Source: a virus (Duplodnaviria > Caudoviricetes). From it: a DNA stretch of 27,802 bases. The position numbers and the translations under genes are program-made. This document shows positions 17,667 to 25,672 of this stretch, one piece after another; within the stretch, counting starts at the first letter, position 1; the number at the start of each line of letters is the position of its first letter. A model generated the notes under the pieces. That model was not told where the DNA came from and did not search any database. It worked only from the letters and a program-made list of their open reading frames with translations. The stretch covers positions 1 to 27,802 of IMG/VR virus record IMGVR_UViG_3300020473_000103; one strand, written 5' to 3'.

Positions 17667-19852
17667 TATTTCGTCTCCATTACATTAGAATCAGCATCAC
17701 TAGGAGATAATCCAATACCATATATGTTATATGATATTTCTGATCTCCATCGATTAGTATTATCAATAGGATCAATAGGAATTGCATCAGGACCTGCAGG
17801 CTTAGTAGGAAGAACTGCTGTTCTTCTTCCTCCAGTCTTTGAAGCCAGAGTCATTCCTTCTAAAAGACTAGAATCTGTAGTATCAAATTGAAAATAATTT
17901 ATTCCATTATTAGATTTTTTATATGCACTTAAATCAAACGATATAGGATCTACACTAACATATGGTGTATCTAGATTACTAGTAAATCCAGACGTAAATG
18001 TTGTTAGATCTTTATTACTAGGAGTATATCCAATACCAATATTACTATCAGCTAATAATCCTGCAGTATTAGATGATGCTATTAAAATATCTTGAGAGAA
18101 CATATCTCCAGATAATTTTGAATTCCATAAATTCTTATTATCAGTTTGATATAATGATAAAGTATCTAATTCATTTTTTAATGAGGATATTGAACTAGAA
18201 TAATCCTTAAGTATATTATAATATTTTTCATTATTGTCACCCATTATACTAGTTCCATCTGCAAAGAATTTCCACATCTCTCCACCATAATTATTAATAT
18301 CCTTTAAAGCTGGTCTAAAATTTTCTGCTATATTATTATTCATCGTAATAACTTCTTCACCAAGAGTTAATTTAGCATTAATTTTATCATAACCAGGTTC
18401 TCCAATTACAGTACCACCAGCATTCATTCCTTTTTTATCTTGTCTAATGGAATATCCTAACCCATACGGAGAATTTTTATCTCCTGCTTCACTTATCCCA
18501 GTTGTAGGAAGAGGAGTATTCCATTGGGTTTTTTCTGAAAATGCATTTGAAAAAGCAGGAAATCTACTATAAACATCTTCAATAGTTTCACCCTTTATAG
18601 TAAATTGTGATTCAAATCCAGCAATCTGACGATTATGTGTATCTACCTTCTCTTGGAATTCTGCTACCCTTGCAGCAACTCTATCATAAACACCTTGCTC
18701 AAATTCAGGTAAATTATTAATATCCAATCCACGTTTTGCCCAACGTTTTTCATTACTGGCCATTTGTTTCTGCCACTTTAATAATTGATTATAATCTTTA
18801 CCTCTTCTTTGTAACATCCCATCATATATCAATAACATCTGATATTCCCCCTTTTCTTCCTTAGTCAAATGCTTATCACGTTCTTCTTCTGATGCACCAA
18901 GTCCATATTGTACTAATACCTTTCTTGTCTTTATTCCCCTTGATATAAATTCCTCATTATCACCCCATTTTCTGCGATTTTGCATTCTATCTGCCCAATT
19001 CATTGCAGCAAAAGTGCCTCCTGCAAGAGCAGCAATAGCTAAAATAGGCCAAGCAATTGGTGAAAGAGCAGCAAGTGCAGTTCCAATTAAACTAATTGTC
19101 CCCCAAATACCACTAACAACAAGAGCAAGAGATCCTGCTATAGCAAGAACACCACCAATAGCCAATCCACCAGCAATCCAATCCCAATTACCAGTTAACC
19201 AATCAAAAATACCACTAACTTTCTTTTGATTATCAGGGTCACTTAACCATTTAAATCCAGTATCAGCTAGAACTGCTCCACCAAATAAACTAAAGAATTC
19301 TAAAATTTTATCAAATATACCTCTTGCAGGTTTAATAACTTTATCTAATTTCTTATTTGTTTCTCTAGTATTCTTATTAACCTTCTCTAAATCTTCTTCA
19401 TCTTCTTTTTGCTTCTTCTTTAAAATAGAATCTCTAATAAGATCTAATTTTTCTTTCTTTTCAGCAATTCTAGATGCAAAATCTAATGCTAATTGATTTT
19501 GTATCTCTACTAATATCCTATTCGTTTCTTCTATTGGATCTTCCTTACCACCAAAAGGTTTTTTCTCTGCTTCTAAAACTCTTTTAAGAAGAGTAATCTT
19601 TCTTACATTACTACGAACAGTACTAGATAAAGATTCAAACTTAACTTGTAATTGTGAAACAATATCTACAAGAGGATTTGCTTTTGGTACATCTAACTTA
19701 GGTGTATCAAGAAAAGATGGTTGAGATCCTATTGCTTTTGCAAGTCCACCAAAAGAAACTTTTGGTGTAATAGAAGCTCCAGAAAACACCGAAGAAGATA
19801 TAAGACTCTTCTTTAAATTCAATTTAGGTGTTTTAATTTCTTCTAATGCCAC
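17666..19852 (-). CDS. Tape-measure/baseplate hub (gp29-like) protein with a hydrophobic transmembrane-like region
   Basis: Coiled coils, long Ala/Gly/Leu hydrophobic stretch, MNAGGTVIG...DKINAKLTLGEEVI tape-measure-type motif; GTG start; follows gp26-gp51. Confidence 0.65.
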   Translation of the reverse strand: MALEEIKTPKLNLKKSLISSSVFSGASITPKVSFGGLAKAIGSQPSFLDTPKLDVPKANPLVDIVSQLQVKFESLSSTVRSNVRKITLLKRVLEAEKKPFGGKEDPIEETNRILVEIQNQLALDFASRIAEKKEKLDLIRDSILKKKQKEDEEDLEKVNKNTRETNKKLDKVIKPARGIFDKILEFFSLFGGAVLADTGFKWLSDPDNQKKVSGIFDWLTGNWDWIAGGLAIGGVLAIAGSLALVVSGIWGTISLIGTALAALSPIAWPILAIAALAGGTFAAMNWADRMQNRRKWGDNEEFISRGIKTRKVLVQYGLGASEEERDKHLTKEEKGEYQMLLIYDGMLQRRGKDYNQLLKWQKQMASNEKRWAKRGLDINNLPEFEQGVYDRVAARVAEFQEKVDTHNRQIAGFESQFTIKGETIEDVYSRFPAFSNAFSEKTQWNTPLPTTGISEAGDKNSPYGLGYSIRQDKKGMNAGGTVIGEPGYDKINAKLTLGEEVITMNNNIAENFRPALKDINNYGGEMWKFFADGTSIMGDNNEKYYNILKDYSSSISSLKNELDTLSLYQTDNKNLWNSKLSGDMFSQDILIASSNTAGLLADSNIGIGYTPSNKDLTTFTSGFTSNLDTPYVSVDPISFDLSAYKKSNNGINYFQFDTTDSSLLEGMTLASKTGGRRTAVLPTKPAGPDAIPIDPIDNTNRWRSEISYNIYGIGLSPSDADSNVMETK
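18117..18158 (-). repeat. 42-bp repeat, copy B (inverted relative to 8917-8958)
   Basis: Minus strand reads ATCATTATATCAAACTGATAATAAGAATTTATGGAATTCAAA with one mismatch at 18136; encodes SLYQTDNKNLWNS. Confidence 0.95.
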
Positions 19853-20023
19853 TTACTTTTGCTGTTGTTTTAAATTTTCTTCCTCGATATACTGTTGAAG
19901 TAATGTAACATACACTTCCCGTTCCCAAGGCATCATATTTTCTAAGTCTACTAAACTATATTTATGATACTGCATCAACGCAAAATTCGTCTTGAAATAG
20001 ACTTCAAGACTAGTATGTGACAT
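19853..20023 (-). CDS. gp51: Baseplate hub assembly catalyst gp51 (56 aa)
   Basis: Hand translation MSHTSLEVYFKTNFALMQYHKYSLVDLENMMPWEREVYVTLLQQYIEEENLKQQQK; NFALMQ.HKYSL...E.M.PWER signature; below the ORF-track cutoff. Confidence 0.9.
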   Translation of the reverse strand: MSHTSLEVYFKTNFALMQYHKYSLVDLENMMPWEREVYVTLLQQYIEEENLKQQQK

Positions 20024-20025
20024 TA

Positions 20026-20745
20026 CTAGTTGAAAAAAGACGCTAAGCCCTCCAGTACCACGTCACTCTTCACTTGCGTTTCTGGATTTTCAACTTTAAC
20101 CGTATGAGAAAGTTTAGGCATGGTAGTAAAGAATTTTTCAATTTGCTTAAACTGTTTGGTATTCATTTGTTCAACAAATTCCATCAATTCTTCTCTAGTA
20201 CAATCAGATGATGCCCATGCTTCATCTTCAGTATATACCTGATCAATACATGATGTAATCATAGTCAATGATTGATCAACATTCTGGTTATTCTGTATTT
20301 CAAAATTATTTTCAACAAATTGCTCAATAGAAGGATATTTCATCTTCATTGATAATGAATCATCTAACTTGATCAAAGCATCATGTTTTTTATCTTTCTT
20401 AACCTTAATATCATCAATATTAATTTCCATTTTAACTTGAGTTTTCATGTCATCTGGACATGTAACATTCACTTCAACAACTTCACCAACTGATTTAGCA
20501 CGAATATTTAAGAAAATATATTCAATATCAAAAGTTGATAACTCAAGTACATTAACATTTTTAGTTAAAATACATGCTTTCATAATTTCCACAATAGCAT
20601 TAGTAATCTGGCTCATATCCTCAGATTCTAATGCCATAATAAGAATTTTCTCTTCTCTTACTAAAAAAGGACGATATCTAATCTTTTTTCCAGTAGAAGG
20701 AACAACCAACTCATAAGTTGGAGTATTAATTTTTGGTAAAGGCAT
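20026..20745 (-). CDS. gp26: Baseplate hub subunit gp26
   Basis: MPLPKINTPTYEL...YRPFLVREEKIL...FDIEYIFLNIRAKSVGE...LEGLASFF. Confidence 0.92.
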   Translation of the reverse strand: MPLPKINTPTYELVVPSTGKKIRYRPFLVREEKILIMALESEDMSQITNAIVEIMKACILTKNVNVLELSTFDIEYIFLNIRAKSVGEVVEVNVTCPDDMKTQVKMEINIDDIKVKKDKKHDALIKLDDSLSMKMKYPSIEQFVENNFEIQNNQNVDQSLTMITSCIDQVYTEDEAWASSDCTREELMEFVEQMNTKQFKQIEKFFTTMPKLSHTVKVENPETQVKSDVVLEGLASFFN

Positions 20746-20767
20746 AATCTATGTATTTCAGATCGTA

Positions 20768-20775
20768 TATTTATA
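20768..20775 (-). promoter_or_regulatory. T4 late promoter TATAAATA
   Basis: Exact consensus about 23 nt upstream of gp26. Confidence 0.8.
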
Positions 20776-20792
20776 TATAAGGGTTATTTTAA

Positions 20793-21512
20793 TTAAGATG
20801 TAGTATTAAGAGGTGTATTCTCTCTATAAATTCTATATCTATCATATACCATATTAACAGTAACTTGCATAACTTCTGCTTCACCATATGCTAAAGGAGA
20901 TACTGTAACTGATTTAGGAAATGCATTTATTAATTGATATGATATCTTAGTTGCTGCAGTTACTCCATAATTTTTCTCAAATTTGGTAATATAAAATCCA
21001 CTCTTATTCTTATAATAATTGGGATAATTAAATCTTCTATAATATGATCCTACAGGTTCAGAGTACATATTAATCTCATCTGGATCAGTTTCTTTACTAT
21101 TTCCACCAGAAACATAATCCAACCATGCTTCAAAGAAAGTTAAAACAGTATAATTTCTATCAAGATAGAATGAGAAACTAAGATCAGTATATAATCTAGT
21201 ATGAGCAAACTCTTGTGGAACTCCCATAAAATTATCTTTCACATCGCTTGTAGCCAATTGAGAATTTGGTACATCTGCTGATAAACAAGAGATTGCTAAT
21301 TTTCTCTTAAAAGTTGAATTCCAACTAAACCCATAAATTGGTTGCAAAGAAGTATTATTAAGATGATCTATAAATGGTGTACTTCCACCTTGTGTACCCC
21401 AACCATTAGTAATACTAACTTGGAATTGATTAGACCTGGCAAACCCACCATCAGCAAGTTGTTGTCTAACATTCTGACTAGTAAGAGTCTCTATATTTGG
21501 TATGCTTGGCAT
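20793..21512 (-). CDS. gp54: Baseplate-tail tube initiator (gp54-like, tail-tube fold)
   Basis: GGFARSNQFQV, C..A.VP, RLYTDLSFSFY, FFEAWLDYV, LINAFPKSV...L.Y; divergent from gp4. Confidence 0.7.
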   Translation of the reverse strand: MPSIPNIETLTSQNVRQQLADGGFARSNQFQVSITNGWGTQGGSTPFIDHLNNTSLQPIYGFSWNSTFKRKLAISCLSADVPNSQLATSDVKDNFMGVPQEFAHTRLYTDLSFSFYLDRNYTVLTFFEAWLDYVSGGNSKETDPDEINMYSEPVGSYYRRFNYPNYYKNKSGFYITKFEKNYGVTAATKISYQLINAFPKSVTVSPLAYGEAEVMQVTVNMVYDRYRIYRENTPLNTTS

Positions 21513-21513
21513 T

Positions 21514-21521
21514 TCTAAATA
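21514..21521 (+). promoter_or_regulatory. Late promoter variant TCTAAATA (gp4 direction)
   Basis: About 32 nt upstream of the gp4 ATG. Confidence 0.6.
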
Positions 21522-21545
21522 TTTGATATTAGCCTTTGTTATTAT

Positions 21546-21553
21546 TATTTAGA
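21546..21553 (-). promoter_or_regulatory. Late promoter variant TCTAAATA (gp54 direction)
   Basis: About 34 nt upstream of ATG 21512. Confidence 0.6.
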
Positions 21554-21993
21554 TGGCATATAAAGGAAAGTATAGACCAACACGACCCCAAAAGTATAAG
21601 GGTGATCCAACTAGGATAATATATCGTTCATTATGGGAACGAAAATTCATGCAGTATTGTGATCAAACTACGAATATATTAGAGTGGGGAAGTGAAGAAA
21701 TAGCACTCCCATATCGTTCACCAGTTGATGGTAAAAAGCATAGATACTTTCCAGACTTTTATATAAAGGTAAGAGAAAGTAATGGTCAAATTAAAAGATA
21801 TATTATTGAAATTAAACCACAGAAACAAACAATAGCACCTAAAGTTCAAAAGAAAAAAACTAAGAGTTATATCTATGAAGTCTGTGAATATGCAAAAAAC
21901 CAAGCAAAATGGAAAGCAGCAGAAGAATTTTGTAAAGATCGTAGATGGGAATTTAAAGTTCTAACAGAAAACGAATTAGGAATTAGAAAATGA
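21553..21993 (+). CDS. gp4: Head completion protein gp4 (TnsA-like nuclease fold)
   Basis: YKGKYRP..P.KYKGDP..IIYRSLWERKFM..CD...WGSEE...HRYFPDF...IEIKP...NQAKWKAA. Confidence 0.95.
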   Translation: MAYKGKYRPTRPQKYKGDPTRIIYRSLWERKFMQYCDQTTNILEWGSEEIALPYRSPVDGKKHRYFPDFYIKVRESNGQIKRYIIEIKPQKQTIAPKVQKKKTKSYIYEVCEYAKNQAKWKAAEEFCKDRRWEFKVLTENELGIRK

Positions 21994-22337
21994 GTAGAGT
22001 CAAATCTGTAAAAGAAAATATGATTGGATCTGAGGATCCTGATGATTTAATGTTAGAAATAATAGATGCCCTAGAAGAAGGTGAAAAGACTCCAGAACCA
22101 GGTGAATTTTATATATTCGTATATAATCCCAAGACTCCAAATATTAGATATGATCAAAATCCCTTAGTTGCTGTAACTGCTGTTTATGAATGGGGTTTCA
22201 AAGGAATTAACTTTCATTGGAATGAAAGTAGACAATATACATGGGGTGAAATCGCTGGTGGTCTCTATCAAGTGAACTCTGATGAACTAAATGACCTTGA
22301 TGGAATACCTTTTGCAAAATTTAGGCTAAATAACTAA
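21990..22337 (+). CDS. Short DNA end protector (gp2)-like protein
   Basis: PGEFYIFVYNPKT...YDQNPLV...GFKGINFHW resembles the gp2 core; ATGA overlap with gp4. Confidence 0.6.
   Translation: MSRVKSVKENMIGSEDPDDLMLEIIDALEEGEKTPEPGEFYIFVYNPKTPNIRYDQNPLVAVTAVYEWGFKGINFHWNESRQYTWGEIAGGLYQVNSDELNDLDGIPFAKFRLNN
22325..22332 (+). promoter_or_regulatory. Late promoter variant GCTAAATA
   Basis: About 18 nt upstream of gp48. Confidence 0.45.
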
Positions 22338-22349
22338 AAAATAATATAA

Positions 22350-23339
22350 ATGGCAGCAGTATTACGATATCCATTTGAAGCAATCACGTCAAATACGGAT
22401 TATCTTCAACTTACTATCAAACAATATACTAACGAACCTCCATCAGATCCATCATATGGGAATATCACAAATGCTCGTGATGTAGGAACTTCTGCTAGTG
22501 CAGGAAATCCAAATCCTACACAAATTGTAGATAATGGAATCATTTTATTACCTATGCCATCAAATATTCAAGATGGTACTACAGTAGGATATGGACCAGA
22601 TACTTTAGATGCTATATCCAAAGCTGCAATGGAAATTGGTACAGGTGCTGTAGAAGCAACATCAGAGAGTATTGCTAACGCAATATCACCTGGAAAAACA
22701 ACAACTGGTGGAACTAGCAATCTAAGAGCAGCACTTAGTAAAATTGAAACTGAATCACCAGAGATACTTAAAGTTCTTCGAGATAGATTAACTGCAAAAG
22801 CAGTAAGTATAATACCTGGTGTAAATGTAACTGCAAAACAAGTAATAGCAAGAACTCAAGGTAAAATTGTTAATCCTAATATGGAATTACTCTTTAATGG
22901 AGTAAATCTTAGACAATTTAGATTCCAATTTACAATGAGTCCTAGAGATCGTACAGAATCTGGGCAAGTTAAATCTATTATAAGATCTTTAAAGAAAAAT
23001 ATGGTTCCTAGAGTAAGTGGATCAAAAACTTTTCTAGATAGACCAAATATATTTGAATTACAATATAGAAAAGGAAATCTTAATCATCCTTTCTTACATA
23101 AGTTTAAAGAATGTGCCTTAACAAATATATCAGTAAATTATACTGGTAATAATGTATATGCAACTTATGAAGATGGTACTCCTATTACTACAATAATGGA
23201 TTTAACCTTCCAAGAACTAGTACCAATATATGATAAAGATTATAATGATCAAAATAATGATGGTAGTGCTGGCAATTCATTTAATGATAGTCAATTAACA
23301 TATAGACCAAGACAAGAAACAGAAGGAGTTGGATACTAA
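22350..23339 (+). CDS. gp48: Baseplate tail tube cap gp48
   Basis: LRYP, LPMPSNIQD, NPNMELLFNGVNLRQFRFQF.MSPR, KFKECALTNISVNY, LTFQELVPI. Confidence 0.9.
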   Translation: MAAVLRYPFEAITSNTDYLQLTIKQYTNEPPSDPSYGNITNARDVGTSASAGNPNPTQIVDNGIILLPMPSNIQDGTTVGYGPDTLDAISKAAMEIGTGAVEATSESIANAISPGKTTTGGTSNLRAALSKIETESPEILKVLRDRLTAKAVSIIPGVNVTAKQVIARTQGKIVNPNMELLFNGVNLRQFRFQFTMSPRDRTESGQVKSIIRSLKKNMVPRVSGSKTFLDRPNIFELQYRKGNLNHPFLHKFKECALTNISVNYTGNNVYATYEDGTPITTIMDLTFQELVPIYDKDYNDQNNDGSAGNSFNDSQLTYRPRQETEGVGY

Positions 23340-24040
23340 TGGGATATTTTAGAGAACTACCAAATTTAGAATATCTATCACCTCTATCTGATAGAAACTC
23401 TGCTTCAGAATATATTCAAGCAAAAAATATATTTAAAAGAGTTAAATTAAGAGAAGATTTTCATAACTCATTTACAAGATTTGAAAAATATCAAATTGTA
23501 GATGGTGAAAGACCAGATCAGGTTGCAAAAAAATTATATGATAGTTCAAAACTTGATTGGGTTGTTTTAATATCTGCTGGTATTACAAATGTAAGAAATG
23601 AATGGCCACTAGCAGAAAGAGATCTTTACGAATTTGCACTATCTGCTTATGGTGCTGATATAAATGCTACTCGTTTTTATGAAACTATTGAAGTTAAAGA
23701 TTCAAAAGATAGAGTAATTTTACCAGCAGGACAAGTTGTAGATTATAACTTTAAATTACCAACACCAAAAATAGATACAAGTCCCACATCATCATATGTA
23801 CAATATTGGGATAGTGGTTTAAACCAATTGATAACTAAAACTCAAATTACAAAATCAATTAGTAACTATCAATATGAAACTAGAGAAAATAATAAAAAAA
23901 GAGGTATTTACATTCTAAGAAATAATTATCTACAACAATTCTTAAATGATACTAGAGGATTAATGAAGTATAAGAGATCCAGTCAATATGTATCAGAAAG
24001 ATTAAAACGAACTGAAAATCTTAGAGTAAAATCACCCTAA
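23339..24040 (+). CDS. gp53: Baseplate wedge subunit gp53
   Basis: YFRELPNLEY, KNIFKRVK, GERPDQVA..LY....DWVVL (LysM-like), NYQYE..EN.KKR.I. Confidence 0.92.
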   Translation: MGYFRELPNLEYLSPLSDRNSASEYIQAKNIFKRVKLREDFHNSFTRFEKYQIVDGERPDQVAKKLYDSSKLDWVVLISAGITNVRNEWPLAERDLYEFALSAYGADINATRFYETIEVKDSKDRVILPAGQVVDYNFKLPTPKIDTSPTSSYVQYWDSGLNQLITKTQITKSISNYQYETRENNKKRGIYILRNNYLQQFLNDTRGLMKYKRSSQYVSERLKRTENLRVKSP

Positions 24041-24522
24041 TAATAATTAAAATTAATAACTACCCTACGGTCTGCATTAGTGACTGATGTACCACCATGC
24101 CATACTTCTGAAGGAAATATAATAATTCTATTAGCAATAGATTCTACCTTAGTACCACCTTTAAAATAAGTATAACCATCACAGGTATTTAAATAATAAA
24201 TTGCAACATTCTTAGATACCTCATCTTGATGTAATGGATATTCTATGATTTCGTTTGTATGAATCTTAGCGTTAAGTTTTATACGAACCCAAGAATTAAC
24301 CGATAATGCATCTCTAAATGTTCTATCAATTTGTTCATAAAAACTACTAGCTGGCATATCATCCACATAAAAATTATGGCAATAATGACGTCTATATTCA
24401 TCACCATCATGTATTTGCCCATAACTATACAACAAATCCTCACCTAATAAATCATTTGATAATTGATCAAATATATTAGGTTCTAAAAAATTATCAATTA
24501 TACTAATATCATGTTTTACCAT
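24037..24522 (-). CDS. 2OG-Fe(II) oxygenase (short, HxD type)
   Basis: IIDNFL, LHQD, AIYYLNTCDGYT, VESIANRIIIF...WHGGT...RRVVINFNY. Confidence 0.88.
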   Translation of the reverse strand: MVKHDISIIDNFLEPNIFDQLSNDLLGEDLLYSYGQIHDGDEYRRHYCHNFYVDDMPASSFYEQIDRTFRDALSVNSWVRIKLNAKIHTNEIIEYPLHQDEVSKNVAIYYLNTCDGYTYFKGGTKVESIANRIIIFPSEVWHGGTSVTNADRRVVINFNYY

Positions 24523-24764
24523 TTTTTAATAGGACAACTCGATATCTTCATTTTTACCTTTTGTTGTAAATAACATCCACACTTTGCACATCTCTTAGAT
24601 TTTTTTATAAAATGTTCACATGCCTGACATATATCATATCTTCTTTTCCTTTCAAAATCATCAACAAATAATTGATCACCATTCACAAATGCTTGCATAG
24701 TTTTTGCAAGAGTGTCTGATAAATTTTTTCCTTGTTCACCTAATGAGGGTAACTCTTGAGTCAT
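24516..24764 (-). CDS. DUF6171-like small Cys-motif protein
   Basis: RYDICQACEHF...RCAKCGCYL..KVK....CPIKKW. Confidence 0.8.
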   Translation of the reverse strand: MTQELPSLGEQGKNLSDTLAKTMQAFVNGDQLFVDDFERKRRYDICQACEHFIKKSKRCAKCGCYLQQKVKMKISSCPIKKW

Positions 24765-24767
24765 TGA

Positions 24768-25562
24768 TCAATGAAACCTTCCACCAATATTAAACCATCC
24801 AGTAATAACATACTTATTCTGTGCACTACCTGCTAATACCAAATTACCTTTATGTGCATGAGTCATACCAGCTGGCCAAATTATCAATTTACCAGTTTCA
24901 GGTTTTATTCTTTTTTTATAATATAAAAATTCTGTTTCCCCACCCTCAAAATCATCATTTAAATATACCATCCACACTAAACATCTAGAAGCATCATTAT
25001 CAGATGTAGTATTCTCATCATGCCACACATGATAACCTCCACCAGGTGGAGTCATCTGTACTTTCTGACATGTTGAATAAAATGTTTCTGTTTTTATATG
25101 ACCAAATACATGAATATACTCTTTTAACTTGGCAAATATTACTTCATTTAAATCACGATCTGGTCTACCATCCATCTTTAAAGACATATGACCCAAATCT
25201 ATTGAATAACCAAATCTACCTGCCATAGACTCTGGAAACTGATCATCTTCACACCATACAGAATCAGTAGTCATATAATAATCCATTGACCTCATTATCT
25301 GACGACACATCATAGATGGAATACATTTTTCGTATATTCCTATAAAATCTTCATACTTTCCAGGAATATATGGTACATCTAATGGACCAAATTTTACATT
25401 ATCATTGTCTTCATTATTATTATCATCGTCATTATCTTGTTCTTTAATATGATTTTCATTATTATCTCTAGGATCTATATTATGATCCTGTTGTTTAACT
25501 TCATCTACTGGAGAATCCTCATTCTGAGATATTTGTATCTTCTGTATTGTCTTCATCTTCAT
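24768..25562 (-). CDS. Prolyl-4-hydroxylase-like 2OG-Fe(II) oxygenase with acidic N-terminal extension (true start uncertain, possibly 25625)
   Basis: YHVWHDE, WMVYLNDDFEGGETEF, PETGKLIIWPAGMTHAHKG, KYVITGW. Confidence 0.9.
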   Translation of the reverse strand: MKMKTIQKIQISQNEDSPVDEVKQQDHNIDPRDNNENHIKEQDNDDDNNNEDNDNVKFGPLDVPYIPGKYEDFIGIYEKCIPSMMCRQIMRSMDYYMTTDSVWCEDDQFPESMAGRFGYSIDLGHMSLKMDGRPDRDLNEVIFAKLKEYIHVFGHIKTETFYSTCQKVQMTPPGGGYHVWHDENTTSDNDASRCLVWMVYLNDDFEGGETEFLYYKKRIKPETGKLIIWPAGMTHAHKGNLVLAGSAQNKYVITGWFNIGGRFH

Positions 25563-25625
25563 TTAATTCATCCTCCTGTAAAGGTATATTAATTCCCTTA
25601 ATACCTCTGGGTCATTATGATCCAT
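25563..25625 (-). CDS. 20-aa upstream ORF (MDHNDPEVLRELIYLYRRMN) or disrupted 5' end of the oxygenase
   Basis: ATG 12 nt downstream of the -10 box; same frame as the oxygenase, separated by a single TAA. Confidence 0.35.
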   Translation of the reverse strand: MDHNDPEVLRELIYLYRRMN

Positions 25626-25636
25626 ATCTAAATCAA

Positions 25637-25665
25637 ATTATAACATAATTTATATATATCGTCAA
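25637..25665 (-). promoter_or_regulatory. sigma70-type (early) promoter
   Basis: TTGACG-N17-TATAAT with a TG extended -10, intergenic. Confidence 0.8.
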
Positions 25666-25672
25666 TCAGAAT

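Noticed and set aside
8917-18158. 42-bp repeat pair as a DGR template/variable repeat
   Set aside because: The single mismatch is A/G, but the repeat is much shorter than typical TR/VR pairs, both copies are mid-gene, flanking differences are not adenine-specific, and there is no reverse transcriptase in the window.
19853-20745. gp26-gp51 read-through fusion
   Set aside because: There is a double stop (TAG TAA), and gp51 starts in a different frame with its own ATG.
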